Assembly: GCF_030028105.1 (NCBI RefSeq)
Contig: NC_092382.1
Span: 100,828,699 to 100,892,698, forward strand
DNA length: 64,000 nucleotides
DNA from: Mobula birostris
Taxonomy: Eukaryota
Direction of reading: 5' to 3'
Position numbers and translations under genes: made by a program. Positions 45,001-56,537 of this stretch are shown here, piece by piece. The notes beneath the pieces are model-generated. The model had not been told where the DNA came from. It ran no database searches and saw only the letters and a program-made list of their open reading frames with translations. How positions within the stretch are numbered: the stretch's first letter is position 1; every line of letters begins with the position of its first letter.

Positions 45001-48000
45001 CTCCGCATCCACTCTATCTGTGTCCTCTGGTCCGAGACTCCCCCACTACCGGAAACATCCTCTCCACATCCACTCTATCTGAGTTTTCTGGTCCTAAACT
45101 CCCCCCAACTATAGGAAACATCCTCTCCACATCCACTCTATCTGTGTCCTCTGGTCCTAGACTCCCCCCCACTATAGGAAACATCCTCTCCACATCCACT
45201 CTATCTGTGTCCTCTGGTCCTAGACTCCCCCACAATAGGAAACATCCTCTCCACATCCAGTCTATCTGTGCCCTCTGGTCTTAGACTCCCCTCCACTACA
45301 GGAAGCAACCTCTCCACATCCACTCTATCTGTGTCCTCTTGTCCTAGACTCCCGCACTACAGTAAACATCCTCTCCACATCCACTCCATCTGTGTCCTAT
45401 TGTCCTAGATTCCACCAGTATAGGAACCATCCTCTCCAAATCCATACTAATTGTGTCCTCTGGACCTAGCCTCCCCCACCATAGGAAACATCCTCTCCAC
45501 ATCTACTCTATCTGTGTCCTCTGGTCCCAGACTCCCCCACTACAAGAAACATCCTCTCCACATCCAATCTATCTGTGTCCTCTGGTCCTAGACTTCCCCG
45601 ACTACAGGAAACATCCTCCCCACATCCACTCTATCTGTGTCCTCTGGACCTCGACTCCCCCACTACAGGAAACATCCCCTCCACATCCACTCTATCTGTG
45701 TCCTCTGGTCCCAGACTCGCCCACTGCAGGAAACATCCTCTCCACATCCTATCTATCTGTGTCCTCTGGTCCTTGACTCCCCCACCATAGTAAACATCCT
45801 CTCCACGTCCTCTCTAACTGTGTCCTTTGTTCCTAGATTCCCCACTACAGTAAACATCCTCTCCACATCCACACCATCTGTGTCCTCTGGTCCTAGACTC
45901 CCCCACTACAGGAAACGTCGTCTCCACATCCACTCTATCTGTGTCCTCTGGTCCTAGACTCCCCCACTACAGGAAACATCGTCTCCACATCCCCTCTATC
46001 TGTGTCCTCTGGTCCTAGACTCCCCCACCACAGGAAACATCCCCTCTACATCCAGTCTATCTGTGCCCTCTGGTCCTAGATTCCCCCACTACATGAACCA
46101 TGCTCTCCACATCCACTCTATCTGTGTCCTCTGGTCCTCGACTCCCCCAGTACAGGAAACATCCTCTCCGCATCCACTCTATCTGTGCACTCTGATACCT
46201 GAATCCCCCACTACAGAAAACATCCTCTCCACATCCAATCTATCTGCGTCCTCTGGTCCTAGACTCCGCCGACTACAGGAAACATCCCCTCTACATCCAC
46301 TCTATCTGTGCCCTCTGGTCCTAGATTCCCCCACTACAGGAACCATCCTCTGCACATCCACTCTATCTGTGTCCGCTGGTCCTCGGCTCCCCCACTACAG
46401 GAAACATCGCCTCTCATCCACTCTATCTGTGCCCTCTGATACAGAATCCCCCACTACAGGAAACATCCTCTCCGCATCTTCCCTACCTGTGTCCTCTGGT
46501 CCGAGACTCCCCCAGTACAGGAAACATCCACTCCAAATCCACTCTACCTGTATCCTCTGGTCTTAGACTCCCCCCACTACAGGAAACATCCTCTCCGCAT
46601 CCACTCTACCTATGTGCTCTGGTCCGAGACTCCCCCACTTCAGGAAACATCCTCTCCGCATCCACTCTATCTGTGTCCTCTGGTCCTAGACTCCCCCACT
46701 ACAGGAAACATCCTCTCCACATCCACTCTATCTGAGTTTTCTGGTCCTAAACTCCCCCCAACTATAGGAAACATCCTCTCCACATCCACTCTATCTGTGT
46801 CCTCTGGTCCTAGACTCCCCCCCACTATAGGAAACATCTTCTCCACATCCACTCTATCTGTGTCCTCTGGTCCTAGACTCCCCCACAATAGGAAACATCC
46901 TCTCCACATCCACTCTATCTGTGCCGTCTGGTCCTAGACTCCCCTCCACTACAGGAAACAACCTCTCCACATCCACTCTATCTGTGTCCTCTTGTCCTAG
47001 ACACCCGCACTACAGGAAACATCGTCTCCACATCCAATCTATCTGTGTCCTGTGGTCCTAGACTTCCCCGACTACAGGAAACATCCTCCCCACATCCACT
47101 CTATCTGTGTCCTCTGGACCTTGACTCCCCCACTACAGGAAACATCCCCTCCACATCCACTCTATCTGTGTCCTCTGGTCCCAGACTCCCCCACTGCAGG
47201 AAACATCCTCTCCACATCCAATCTATCTGTGTCCTCTGGTCCTAGACTCCCCCACCATAGTAAACATCCTCTCCACGTCCTCTCTAACTGTGTCCTTTGG
47301 TCCTAGATTCCCCACTACAGTAAACATCCTCTCCACATCCACACCATCTGTGTCCTCTGGTCCTAGACTCCCCCACTACAGGAAACGTCGTCTCCACATC
47401 CACTCTATCTGTGTCCTCTGGTCCTAGACTCCCCCACTACAGGAAACATCGTCTCCACATCCCCTCTATCTGTGTCCTCTGGTCCTAGACTCCCCCACCA
47501 CAGGAAACATCCCCTCTACATCCAGTCTATCTGTGCCCTCTGGTCCTAGATTTCCCCACTACATGAACCATGCTCTCCACATCCACTCTATCTGTGTCCT
47601 CTGGTCCTCGACTCCCCCCAGTACAGGAAACATCCTCTCCGCATCCACTCTATCTGTGCACTCTGATACCTGAATCCCCCACTACAGAAAACATCCTCTC
47701 CACATCCAATCTATCTGCGTCCTCTGGTCCTAGACCCCGCCGACTACAGGAAACATCCCCTCTACATCCACTCTATCTGTGTCCTCTGGTCCTAGATTCC
47801 CCCACTGCAGGAACCATCATCTGCACATCCACTCTATCTGTGTCCGCTGGTCCTAGGCTCCCCCACTACAGGAAACATCGCCTCTCATCCACTCTATCTG
47901 TGCCCTCTGATACAGAATCCCCCACTACAGGAAACATCCTCTCCGCATCTTCCCTATCTGTGTCCTCTGGTCCGAGACTCCCCCAGTACAGGAAACATCC

Positions 48001-51000
48001 ACTCCAAATCCACTCTACCTGTATCCTCTGGTCTTAGACTCCCCCCACTACAGGAAACATCCTCTCCGCATCCACTCTATCTGTGCCCTCTGATACCAGA
48101 CTCCCGCACTACAGGAAGACATCCTCTCGGCATCCACTCTACCTATGTGCTCTGGTCCGAGACTCCCCCACTACAGGAAACATCCTCTCCGCATCCACTC
48201 TATCTGTGTCCTCTGGTCCTAGACTCCCCCACTACAGGAAAACATCCTCTCCACATCCACTCTATCTGAGTTTTCTGGTCCTAAACTCCCCCCAACTATA
48301 GGAAACATCCTCTCCACATCCACTCTATCTGTGTCCTCTGGTCCTAGACTCCCCCCCACTATAGGAAAAATCCTCTCCACATCCACTCTATCTGTGTCCT
48401 CTGGTCCTAGACTCCCCCACAATAGGAAACATCCTCTCCACATCCACTCTATCTGTGCCCTCTGGTCCTAGACTCCCCTCCACTACAGGAAACAACCTCT
48501 CCACATCCACTCTATCTGTGTCCTCTTGTCCTAGACACCCGCACTACAGGAAACATCGTCTCCCCATCCAATCTATCTGTATCCTCTGGTCCTAGACTCA
48601 CCCCACCATAGGAAACATCCTCTCCACGTCCTCTCTAACTGTGTCCTTTGGTCCTAAACTCCCCACTACAGTAAATATCCTCTCCACATCCACTCCATCT
48701 GTGTCCTGTAGTCCAATATTCCACCACTATAGGAACCATCCTCTCCAAATCCATACTAACTGTGTCCTCTGGTCCCAGCCTCCCCCACCATAGGAAACAT
48801 CCTCTCCACATCTACTCTATCTGTGTCCTCTGGTCCCAGACTCCCCCACTACAAGAAGCATCCTCTCCACATCCAATCTCTCTGTGTCCTCTGGTCCTAG
48901 ACTTCCCCGACTACAGGAAACATCCTCCCCACATCCACTCTATCTGTGTCCTCTGGACCTAGACTCCCCCACTACAGGAAACATCCCCTCCACATCCACA
49001 CTATCTGTGTCCTCTGGTCCCAGACTCCCCCACTGCAGGAAACATCCTCTCCACATCCAATCTATCTGTGTCCTCTGGTCCTAGACTTCCCCGACTACAG
49101 GAAACATCCTCCCCACATCCACTCTATCTGTGTCCTCTGGACCTAGACTCCCCCACTACAGGAAACATCCCCTCCACATCCACACTATCTGTGTCCTCTG
49201 GTCCCAGACTCCCCCACTGCAGGAAACATCCTCTCCACTTCCAATCTATCTGTGTCCTCTGGTCCTGGACTCCGCCGACTGCAGGAAACATCCTCTCCAC
49301 ATCCACTCTATCTGAGTCTTCTGGTGCTAAACTCCCCCCAACTATAGGAAACATCCTCTCCACATCCACTCTATCTGCGTGCTCTGGTCCTAGACTCCCC
49401 CCCACTATAGGAAACATCCTCTCCACATCCGCTCTATCTGTGTCCTCTGGTCCTAGACTCCCCCACAATAGGAAACATCCTCTCCACATCCACTCTATCT
49501 GTGCCCTCTGGTCCTAGACTCCCCTCCACTACAGGGAACAACCTCTCCGCATCCACTCTATCTGTGTCCTCTGGTCCTGGACTCCCCCACAATAGGAAAC
49601 ATCCTCTCCACATCCACTCTATCTGTGCCCTCTGGTCCTAGACTCCCCTCCACTACAGGAAACATCCTCTCCACATCTACTCTATCTGTGTCCTCTGGTC
49701 CCAGACTCCCCCACTACAAGAAACATCATCTCCACATTCAATCTATCTGCGTCCTCTGGTCCTAGACTCCGCCGACTACAGGAAACATCCCCTCTACATC
49801 CACTCTATCTGTGTCCTCTGGTCCTAGATTCCCCCACTACAGGAACCATCCTCTGCACATCCACTCTATCTGTGTCCGCTGGTCCTATGCTCCCCCACTA
49901 CAGGAAACATCCCCTCTCATCCACTCCATCTGTGCCCTCTGATACAGAATCCCCCACTACAGGAAACATCCTCTCCGCATCTTCCCTATCTGTGTCCTCT
50001 GGTCCGAGACTCCCCCAGTACAGGAAACATCCACTCCAAATCCACTCTACCTGTGTCCTCTGGTCTTAGACTCCCCCACTACAGGAAACATCCTCTCCGC
50101 ATCCACTCTATCTGTGTCCTCTGGTCCTAGATTCCCCCAGAATAGGAAACATCCTCTCCACATCCACTCTATCTGTGCCCTCTGGTCCTAGACTCCCCTC
50201 CACTACAGGAAACAACCTCTCCACATCCACTCTATCTGTGTCCTCTTGTCCTAGACTCCCGCACTACAGGAAACATCGTCTCCACATCCAATCTATCTGT
50301 GTCCTCTGGTCCTGGACTCCCCCACCATAGGAAACATCCTCTCCACGTCCTCTCTAACCGTGTCCTTTGGTCCTAAACTCCCCCACTACAGTAAACATCC
50401 TCTCCACATCCACTCCATCTGTGTCCTGTAGTCCTAGATTCCACCACTATAGGAACCATCCTCTCCAAATCTATACTAACTGTGTCCTCTGGTCCCAGCC
50501 TCCCCCACCATAGGAAACATCCTCTCCGCATCCACTCTATCTGTGCCCTCTGATACCAGACTCCCGCACTACAGGAGACATCCTCTCGGCATCCACTCTA
50601 CCTTTGTCCTCTGGTCCGAGACTCCCCCACTACAGGAAACATCCTCTCCGCATGCACTGTATCTGTGTCCTCTGGTCCGAGACTCCCCCACTACAGGAAA
50701 CATCCTCTCCACATCCACTCTATCTGAGTTTTCTGGTCCTAATCTCCCCCCAACTATAGGAAACATCCTCTCCACATCCACTCTATCTGTGTCCTCTGGT
50801 CCTAGACTCCCCCCCACAATAGGAAACATCCTCTCCACATCCACTCTGTCTGTGCCCTCTGGTCCTAGACTCCCCTCCACTACAGGAAGCAACCTCTCCA
50901 CATCCACTCCATCTGTGTCCTGTAGTCCTAGATTCCACCACTATAGGAACCATCCTCTTCAAATCCATACTAACTGTGTCCTCTGGTCCTAGACTCCCCT

Positions 51001-54000
51001 CCACTACAGGAAACATCCTCTCCACATCTACTCTATCTGTGTCCTCTGGTCCCAGACTCCCCCACTACAAGAAACATCATCTCCACATTCAATCTATCTT
51101 TGTTTTCTGGTCCTAAATTCCCCCCGACTACAGGAAACATCCTCCCCACATCCACTCTATCTGTGTCCTCTGGACCTTGACTCCCCCACTACAGGAAACA
51201 TCCTCTCCACAACCAATCTATCTGTGTCCTCTGGTCCTAGACACCCCACCATAGGAAACATCCTCTCCACGTCCTCTCTAACTGTGTCCTTTGGTCCTTG
51301 ATTCCCCACTACAGTAAACATCCTCTCCACATCCACACCATCTGTGTCTTCTGGTCCTAGACTCTCCCACTACAGGAAACGTCGTCTCCACATCCAGTCT
51401 ATCTGTGTCCTCTGGTCCTAGACTCCCCACTACAGGAAACATCCCCTCCGCATCCACTCTATCTGTGCCCTCTGATACCAGAATCCCCCACTACAGGAAA
51501 CATCCTCTCCACATCCAATCTATCTGCGTCCTCTGGTCCTAGATTCCCCCACTACAGGAACCATCCTCTGCACATCCACTCTATCTGTGTCCGCTGGTCC
51601 TAGACTCCCCCACTACAGGAAACATCCTCTCTCATCCACTCTATCTGTGCCCTCTGATACAGAATCTCCCAATACAGGAAACATCCTCTCCGCATTCTCT
51701 CTATCTGTGTCCTCTGGTCCGAGACTCCCCCAGTACAGGAAACATCCTCTCCATCTGTGTCCTGTATTCCTAGATTCCACCACTATAGGAACCATCCTCT
51801 CCAAATCCATACTAACTGTGTCCTCTGATCCTAGCCTCCCCCACCATAGGAAACATCCTCTCCACATCTACTCTATCTGTGTCCTCTGGTCCCAGACTCC
51901 CCCACAATAGGAAACATCCTCTCCACATCCACTCTATCTGTGCCCTCTGGTCCTAGACTACCCTCCACTACAGGAAGCAACCTCTCCACATCCACTCTAT
52001 CTGTGTCCTCTGGTCCCAGACTCCCCCACTGCAGGAAACATCCTCTCCACATCCAATCTATTTGTGTCCTCTGGTCCTAGACTCCGCCGACTACAGGAAA
52101 CATCCTCTCCACATCCACTCTATCTGTGTCCTCTGGTCCTAGACTCCCCCACCAGAGTAAACATCCTCGCCACGTCCTCTCTAACTGTGTCCTTTGGTCC
52201 TAGATTCCCCACTACAGTAAACATCCTCTCCACATCCACACCATCTGTGTCCTCTGGTCCTAGACTCCCCCACTACAGGAAACGTCGTCTCCACATCCAC
52301 TCTATCTGTGTCCTCTGGTCCTAGACTCCCCCACTACTAGAAACATCGTCTCCACATCCCCTCTATCTGTGTCCTCTGGTCCTAGACTCCCCCACCACAG
52401 GAAACATCCCCTCTACATCCACTCTATCTGTGTCCTCTGGTCCCAGACTCCCCCACTGCAGGAAACATCCTCTCCACATCCAATCTATTGGTGTCCTCTG
52501 GTCCTAGACTCCGCCGACTACAGGAAACATCCTCTCCACATCCACTCTATCTGTGTCCTCTGGTCCTAGACTCCCCCACCATAGTAAACATCCTCTCCAC
52601 GTCCTCTCTAACTGTGTCCTTTGGTCCTAGATTCCCCACTACAGTAAACATCCTCTCCACATCCACACCATCTGTGTCCTCTGGTCTTAGACTCCCCCAC
52701 TACAGGAAACGTCGTCTCCACATCCACTCTATCTGTGTCCTCTGGTCCTAGACTCCCCCACTACTAGAAACATCGTCTCCACATCCCCTCTATCTGTGTC
52801 CTCTGGTCCTAGACTCCCCCACCACAGGAAACATCCCCTCTACATCCACTCTATCTGTGCCCTCTGGTCCTAGATTCCCCCACTACATGAACCATGCTCT
52901 CCACATCCACTCTATCTGTGTCCTCTGGTCCTAGACTCCCCCCAGTACAGGAAACATCCTCTCCGCATCCAATCTATCTGTGTCCTCTGGTCCTAGACTC
53001 CGCCGACTACAGGAAACATCCTCTCCACATCCACTCTATCTGTGTCCTCTGGTCCTTGACTCCCCCACCATAAGAAACATCCTCTCCACGTCCTCTCTAA
53101 CTGTGTCCTTTGGTCCTACATTCCCCACTACAGTAAACATCCTCTCCACATCCACACCATCTGTGTCTTCTGGTCCTAGACTCCCCCACTACAGGAAACG
53201 TCGTCTCCACATCCACTCTATCTGTGTCATCTGGTCCTAGACTCCCCCACTACGGGAAACATCCCCTCTCATCCACTCTATCTGTGCCCTCTGATACAGA
53301 ATCTCCCACTACAGGAAACATCCTCTCCGCATCCTCTCTATCTGTGTCCTCTGGTCCGAGACTCCTCCAGTACAGGAAACATCCTCTCCAAATCCACTCT
53401 ACCTGTGTCCTCTGGTCTTAGACTCCCCCCACTACAGTAAACATCCTCTCCGCATCCACTCTATCTGTGCCCTCTGATACCAGACTCCCGCACTACAGGA
53501 AACATCCTCTCGACATCCACTGTACCTTTGTCCTCTGGTCCGAGACTCCCTCACTACAGGAAACATCCTCTCCGCATCCACTCTATCTGTGTCCTCTGGT
53601 CCGAGACTCCCCAACTACAGGAAACATCCTCTCCACATCCACTCTATCTGAGTTTTCTGGTCCTAAACTCCCCTCAACTATAGGAAACATCCTCTCCACA
53701 TCCACTCTATCTGTGTCCTCTGGTCCTAGACTCCCCCCCACTATAGGAAACATCCTCTCCACATCCACTCTATCTGTGTCCTCCGGTCCTAGACTCCCCC
53801 ACAATAGGAAACATCCTCTCCACATCCACTCTATCTGTGCCCTCTGGTCCTAGACTACCCTCCACTACAGGAAGCAACCTCTCCTCATCCACTCTATCTG
53901 TGTCCTCTTGTCCTAGACTCCCGCAATACAGTAAACATCCTCTCCACATCCACTCCATCTGTGTCCTGTAGTCCTAGATTCCACCACTATAGGAACCATC

Positions 54001-55371
54001 CACTCCAAATCCATACTAACTGTGTCCTCTGGACCTAGCCTCCCCCACCATAGGAAACATCCTCTCCACGTCTACTCTATCTGTGTCCTCTGGTCCCAGA
54101 CTCCCCCACTACAAGAAACATCCTCTCCACATCCAATCTATCTGTGTCCTCTGGTCCTAGACTTCCCCGACTACAGGAAACATCCTCCCCACATCCACTC
54201 TATCTGTGTCCTCTGGACCTAGACTCCCCCACTACAGGAAACATCCCCTCCACATCCACTCTATCTGTGTCCTCTGGTCCCAGACTCCCCTACTGCAGGA
54301 AACATCCTCTCCACATCCAATCTATCTGTGTCCTCTGGTACTAGACTCCGCCGACTACAGGAAACATCCTCTCCACATCCACTCTATCTGTGTCCTCTGG
54401 TCCTAGACTCCCCCACCATAGTAAACATCCTCTCCACGTCCTCTCTAACTGTGTCCTTTGGTCCTAGACTCCGCCACTACTGGAAACATCCTCTCCACAT
54501 CCACTCTATCTGTGTCCTCTGGTCCTAGACTCCCCCATTATAGGAAACATCCCCTCCACATCCACTCTATCTGTGTCCTCTAGTCCCAGACTCCCCTACT
54601 GCAGGAAACATCCTCTCCACATCCAATCTATCTGTGTCCTCTGGTCCTAGACTCCCCCCAACTATAGGAAACATCCTCTGCGCATCCACTCTATCTGTGT
54701 CCTCTGGTCCTAGACTCCGCCACTACTGGAAACATCCTCTCCACATCCACTCTATCTGTGTCCTCTGGTCCCAGACTCCCCCGCTACAGGAAACATCCTC
54801 TCCACATCCAATCTATCTGTGTCCTCTGGTCCTAGACTCCCCCGACTATAGGAAACATCCTCTCCAGATCCACTCTATCTGGGTCCTCTGGTCCTAGACT
54901 CCCCCACTACAAGAAACATCCCCTCCACATCCACACTATCTGTGTCCTCTGGTCCTAGACTCCCCCACTACAGGAAACGTCGTCTCCACATCCACTCTAG
55001 CTGTGTCCTCTGGTCCTAGACTCCCCCACTACAGGACACATCGTCTCTACATCCACTCTATCTTTGTCCTCTGGTCCTACACTCCCCCACTGCAGGAAAC
55101 ATCCCCTCCACATCCACTCTATCTGTGTCCTCTGGTCCTAGACTCCCCCAATACAGGAAACATTCTCTCCACATCCACTCTATCTGTGTCCTCTGGTCGT
55201 AGACTCCCCCACCATAGGAAACATCCTCTCCACATCCACTCTATCTGTGCCCTCTGGTTGTAGTCTCCCCCACTGTAGGAAACATCCTCTCCACCTTCAC
55301 TCTATCTGTGTCCTCTGTTCCTAGACTCCCCCCCCCACTATAGGAAACATCCTCTCCACTTCCACTCTATC
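1..55371. repeat. Tandem satellite array, ~61-bp monomer (59-63 bp), ~900 copies, open at the left edge
   Basis: The motif GGAAACATCCTCTCCACATCCACTCTATCTGTGTCCTCTGGTCCTAGACTCCCCCACTACA recurs without interruption (e.g. GGAAAC at 57 and 118). Length varies mainly in the C-run after GACT. The last monomer ends at ...TCCACTCTATC (55371). The plus strand is C-rich and G-poor. Confidence 0.99.
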
Positions 55372-55537
55372 GAGGCCTTTTATTATTCAATAGGTTTCAA
55401 CGAGATCCCTCCTCATTCTTCTATACTCCAACGAGTACAGGTCCAGATCCATTGAAAGCTGCTTATACGTTAACCCTTTCATTCCCGGTATCCGTCTCGT
55501 GACCCTCCTCTCGAATGCCTGCACGGCCTTTCTTAAA
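55372..55537 (-). mobile_element. 5'-truncated CR1-clade LINE ORF2 C-terminal remnant, contiguous with the satellite
   Basis: The minus strand translates as LRKAVQAFERRVTRRIPGMKGLTYKQLSMDLDLYSLEYRRMRRDLVETY*IIKGLDRVEVERMFPIVG. This matches the CR1 ORF2 C-terminal motif (LYSLE.RR.RGDLIE.YKI.KG.DRVD). There is an in-frame TGA at 55387-55389, and the frame continues into the first satellite monomer. Confidence 0.9.
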
Positions 55538-55572
55538 CAAGAGAAAATCTGCAGATGCTGGAAATCCAGAGC

Positions 55573-55610
<38 letters not shown>

Positions 55611-55690
55611 GTTGAAAAGAACTAAGCACGCCAGAAGACATCTACGGAAAAGAATACAGTCAACATTTTGGGCCGAGCCTTTTCGTCAGA
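55538..55690 (-). mobile_element. Penelope-like element terminal fragment with decayed hammerhead-like core and internal (CA)n
   Basis: The minus strand reads CTGACGAAAAGGCTCGGCCCAAAATGTTGACTG, resembling the CTGATGA-stem-CCGAAACG motif of Penelope-like termini. The flanks AAAATCTGCAGATGCTGGAAATCC...AACACACAC resemble a common elasmobranch repeat (recalled, not searched). Confidence 0.45.
55574..55606. repeat. (AC)n microsatellite
   Basis: Pure AC run of about 16 units. Confidence 0.97.
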
Positions 55691-55769
55691 AGTATTCTTA
55701 GTCTCTAAGATACATCTTTTCTTTGATAAATTTCCAACTCGTGCCTTCTCTGCGTTCGCACGCTCGGTG

Positions 55770-56110
55770 CTGTGTCGTATGTCGTTGGCGATCGTGCTCT
55801 TGGCATTTTTTTTTCTTCAGAAGTGGTTTGCCATCGCCTTCTTCTGGGCAGTGTGTCTTTACAAAACAGCTGTGCCCAGCATTATCAATACTCTTCAGGG
55901 CTTGACTGCCTGGGGTCAGTCCGGGACATGTGATATATGCACCGGCTGCTCCTACGACCATCCACCACCTGCTCCCAAGGTTTCACGCCACCTTGATCGG
56001 GGGGTGTGGGTGGGGGGGTGGTGCAGGGTGTTTGCTCAGCCCAAGCGTGATCTGCAGACCAGCGGAGGAAAGGAATGCCTGACACTTCCTTACCTCCAGC
56101 CCGCCCTGTC
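55770..56110 (-). mobile_element. Probable RTE-related LINE/SINE 3' fragment
   Basis: The minus strand contains AGAAGAAGGCGATGGCAAACCACTTCTGAAG, similar to the GAAGGCAATGGCAA(A/C)CCACT motif of RTE/Bov-A-related repeats. Boundaries are approximate. Confidence 0.4.
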
Positions 56111-56460
56111 TACCCTGTGCAAAACGCAATCTGCCCGTGTCTGTGCCAGTCATAACTTGAGACATGTCCGTCAGGTAGCCGCGGGTCGGAGCCCTCTACC
56201 GGGCCGCTTGGCCTTGTGAAACGTCCCGCAGAGGCCAATCGTCATACCTTTAAGGCGAGGGTGCCATCTGAAAGGAGATTTGCGGGGCAAATTGTTCCCC
56301 GGAGAATGTTGGGTGCCTTGAATGCGGCCGCCAGGGGGAGCTGGTGTTGGGAGTAACGAGCGAAGATCGAGAGGCATTCAGGCATGTACGTGAGCAGGGA
56401 CTGGAGGGGCACGCACGAGTTTGCGGTGCTGTACTGGCCAATGCGGTCGGTTCCCCTCCC

Positions 56461-56510
56461 TGCTGTCAATCATGCGTCTGCTGCGTGTGACGTCATTTCC
56501 TCTCCACCCC
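56461..56510. promoter_or_regulatory. Conserved non-coding block beyond the V1 RSS with a perfect CRE (TGACGTCA, 56488-56495) abutting an ETS-like TTTCC
   Basis: TGCTGTCAATCATGCGTCTGCTGCGTGTGACGTCATTTCCTCTCCACCCC aligns with 62592-62667, the equivalent position beyond the V2 RSS. Confidence 0.55.
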
Positions 56511-56537
56511 CTCCGACTCCGCCTCGTCACCTGTACA

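Noticed and set aside
265-55263. Hundreds of 60-167 aa ORFs on both strands (MSSGPRLP..., DRVDVERMFPIVGGSLGPEDT repeats)
   Set aside because: These are translations of the satellite. Frames stay open only where monomer lengths happen to sum to multiples of 3 (e.g. 63-bp variants). Most start at GTG/TTG, and C-run indels break frames freely, so there is no sign of coding constraint.
1-55371. CRISPR-like array
   Set aside because: Monomers are head-to-tail with no unique spacers, and the context is vertebrate with no cas genes.
1-55371. Immunoglobulin switch-like region next to an antigen-receptor gene
   Set aside because: It is G-rich on one strand, but the consensus lacks AGCT/GAGCT AID hotspot motifs, and the CR1 origin explains the sequence. 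The adjacent genes are TCR V segments.
1-55371. Cryptic RSS heptamers in each monomer (minus-strand CACAGAT or CACAGTT)
   Set aside because: No nonamer-like sequence at 12 or 23 nt (GAGAGGATG and TCCTGTAGT fall there).
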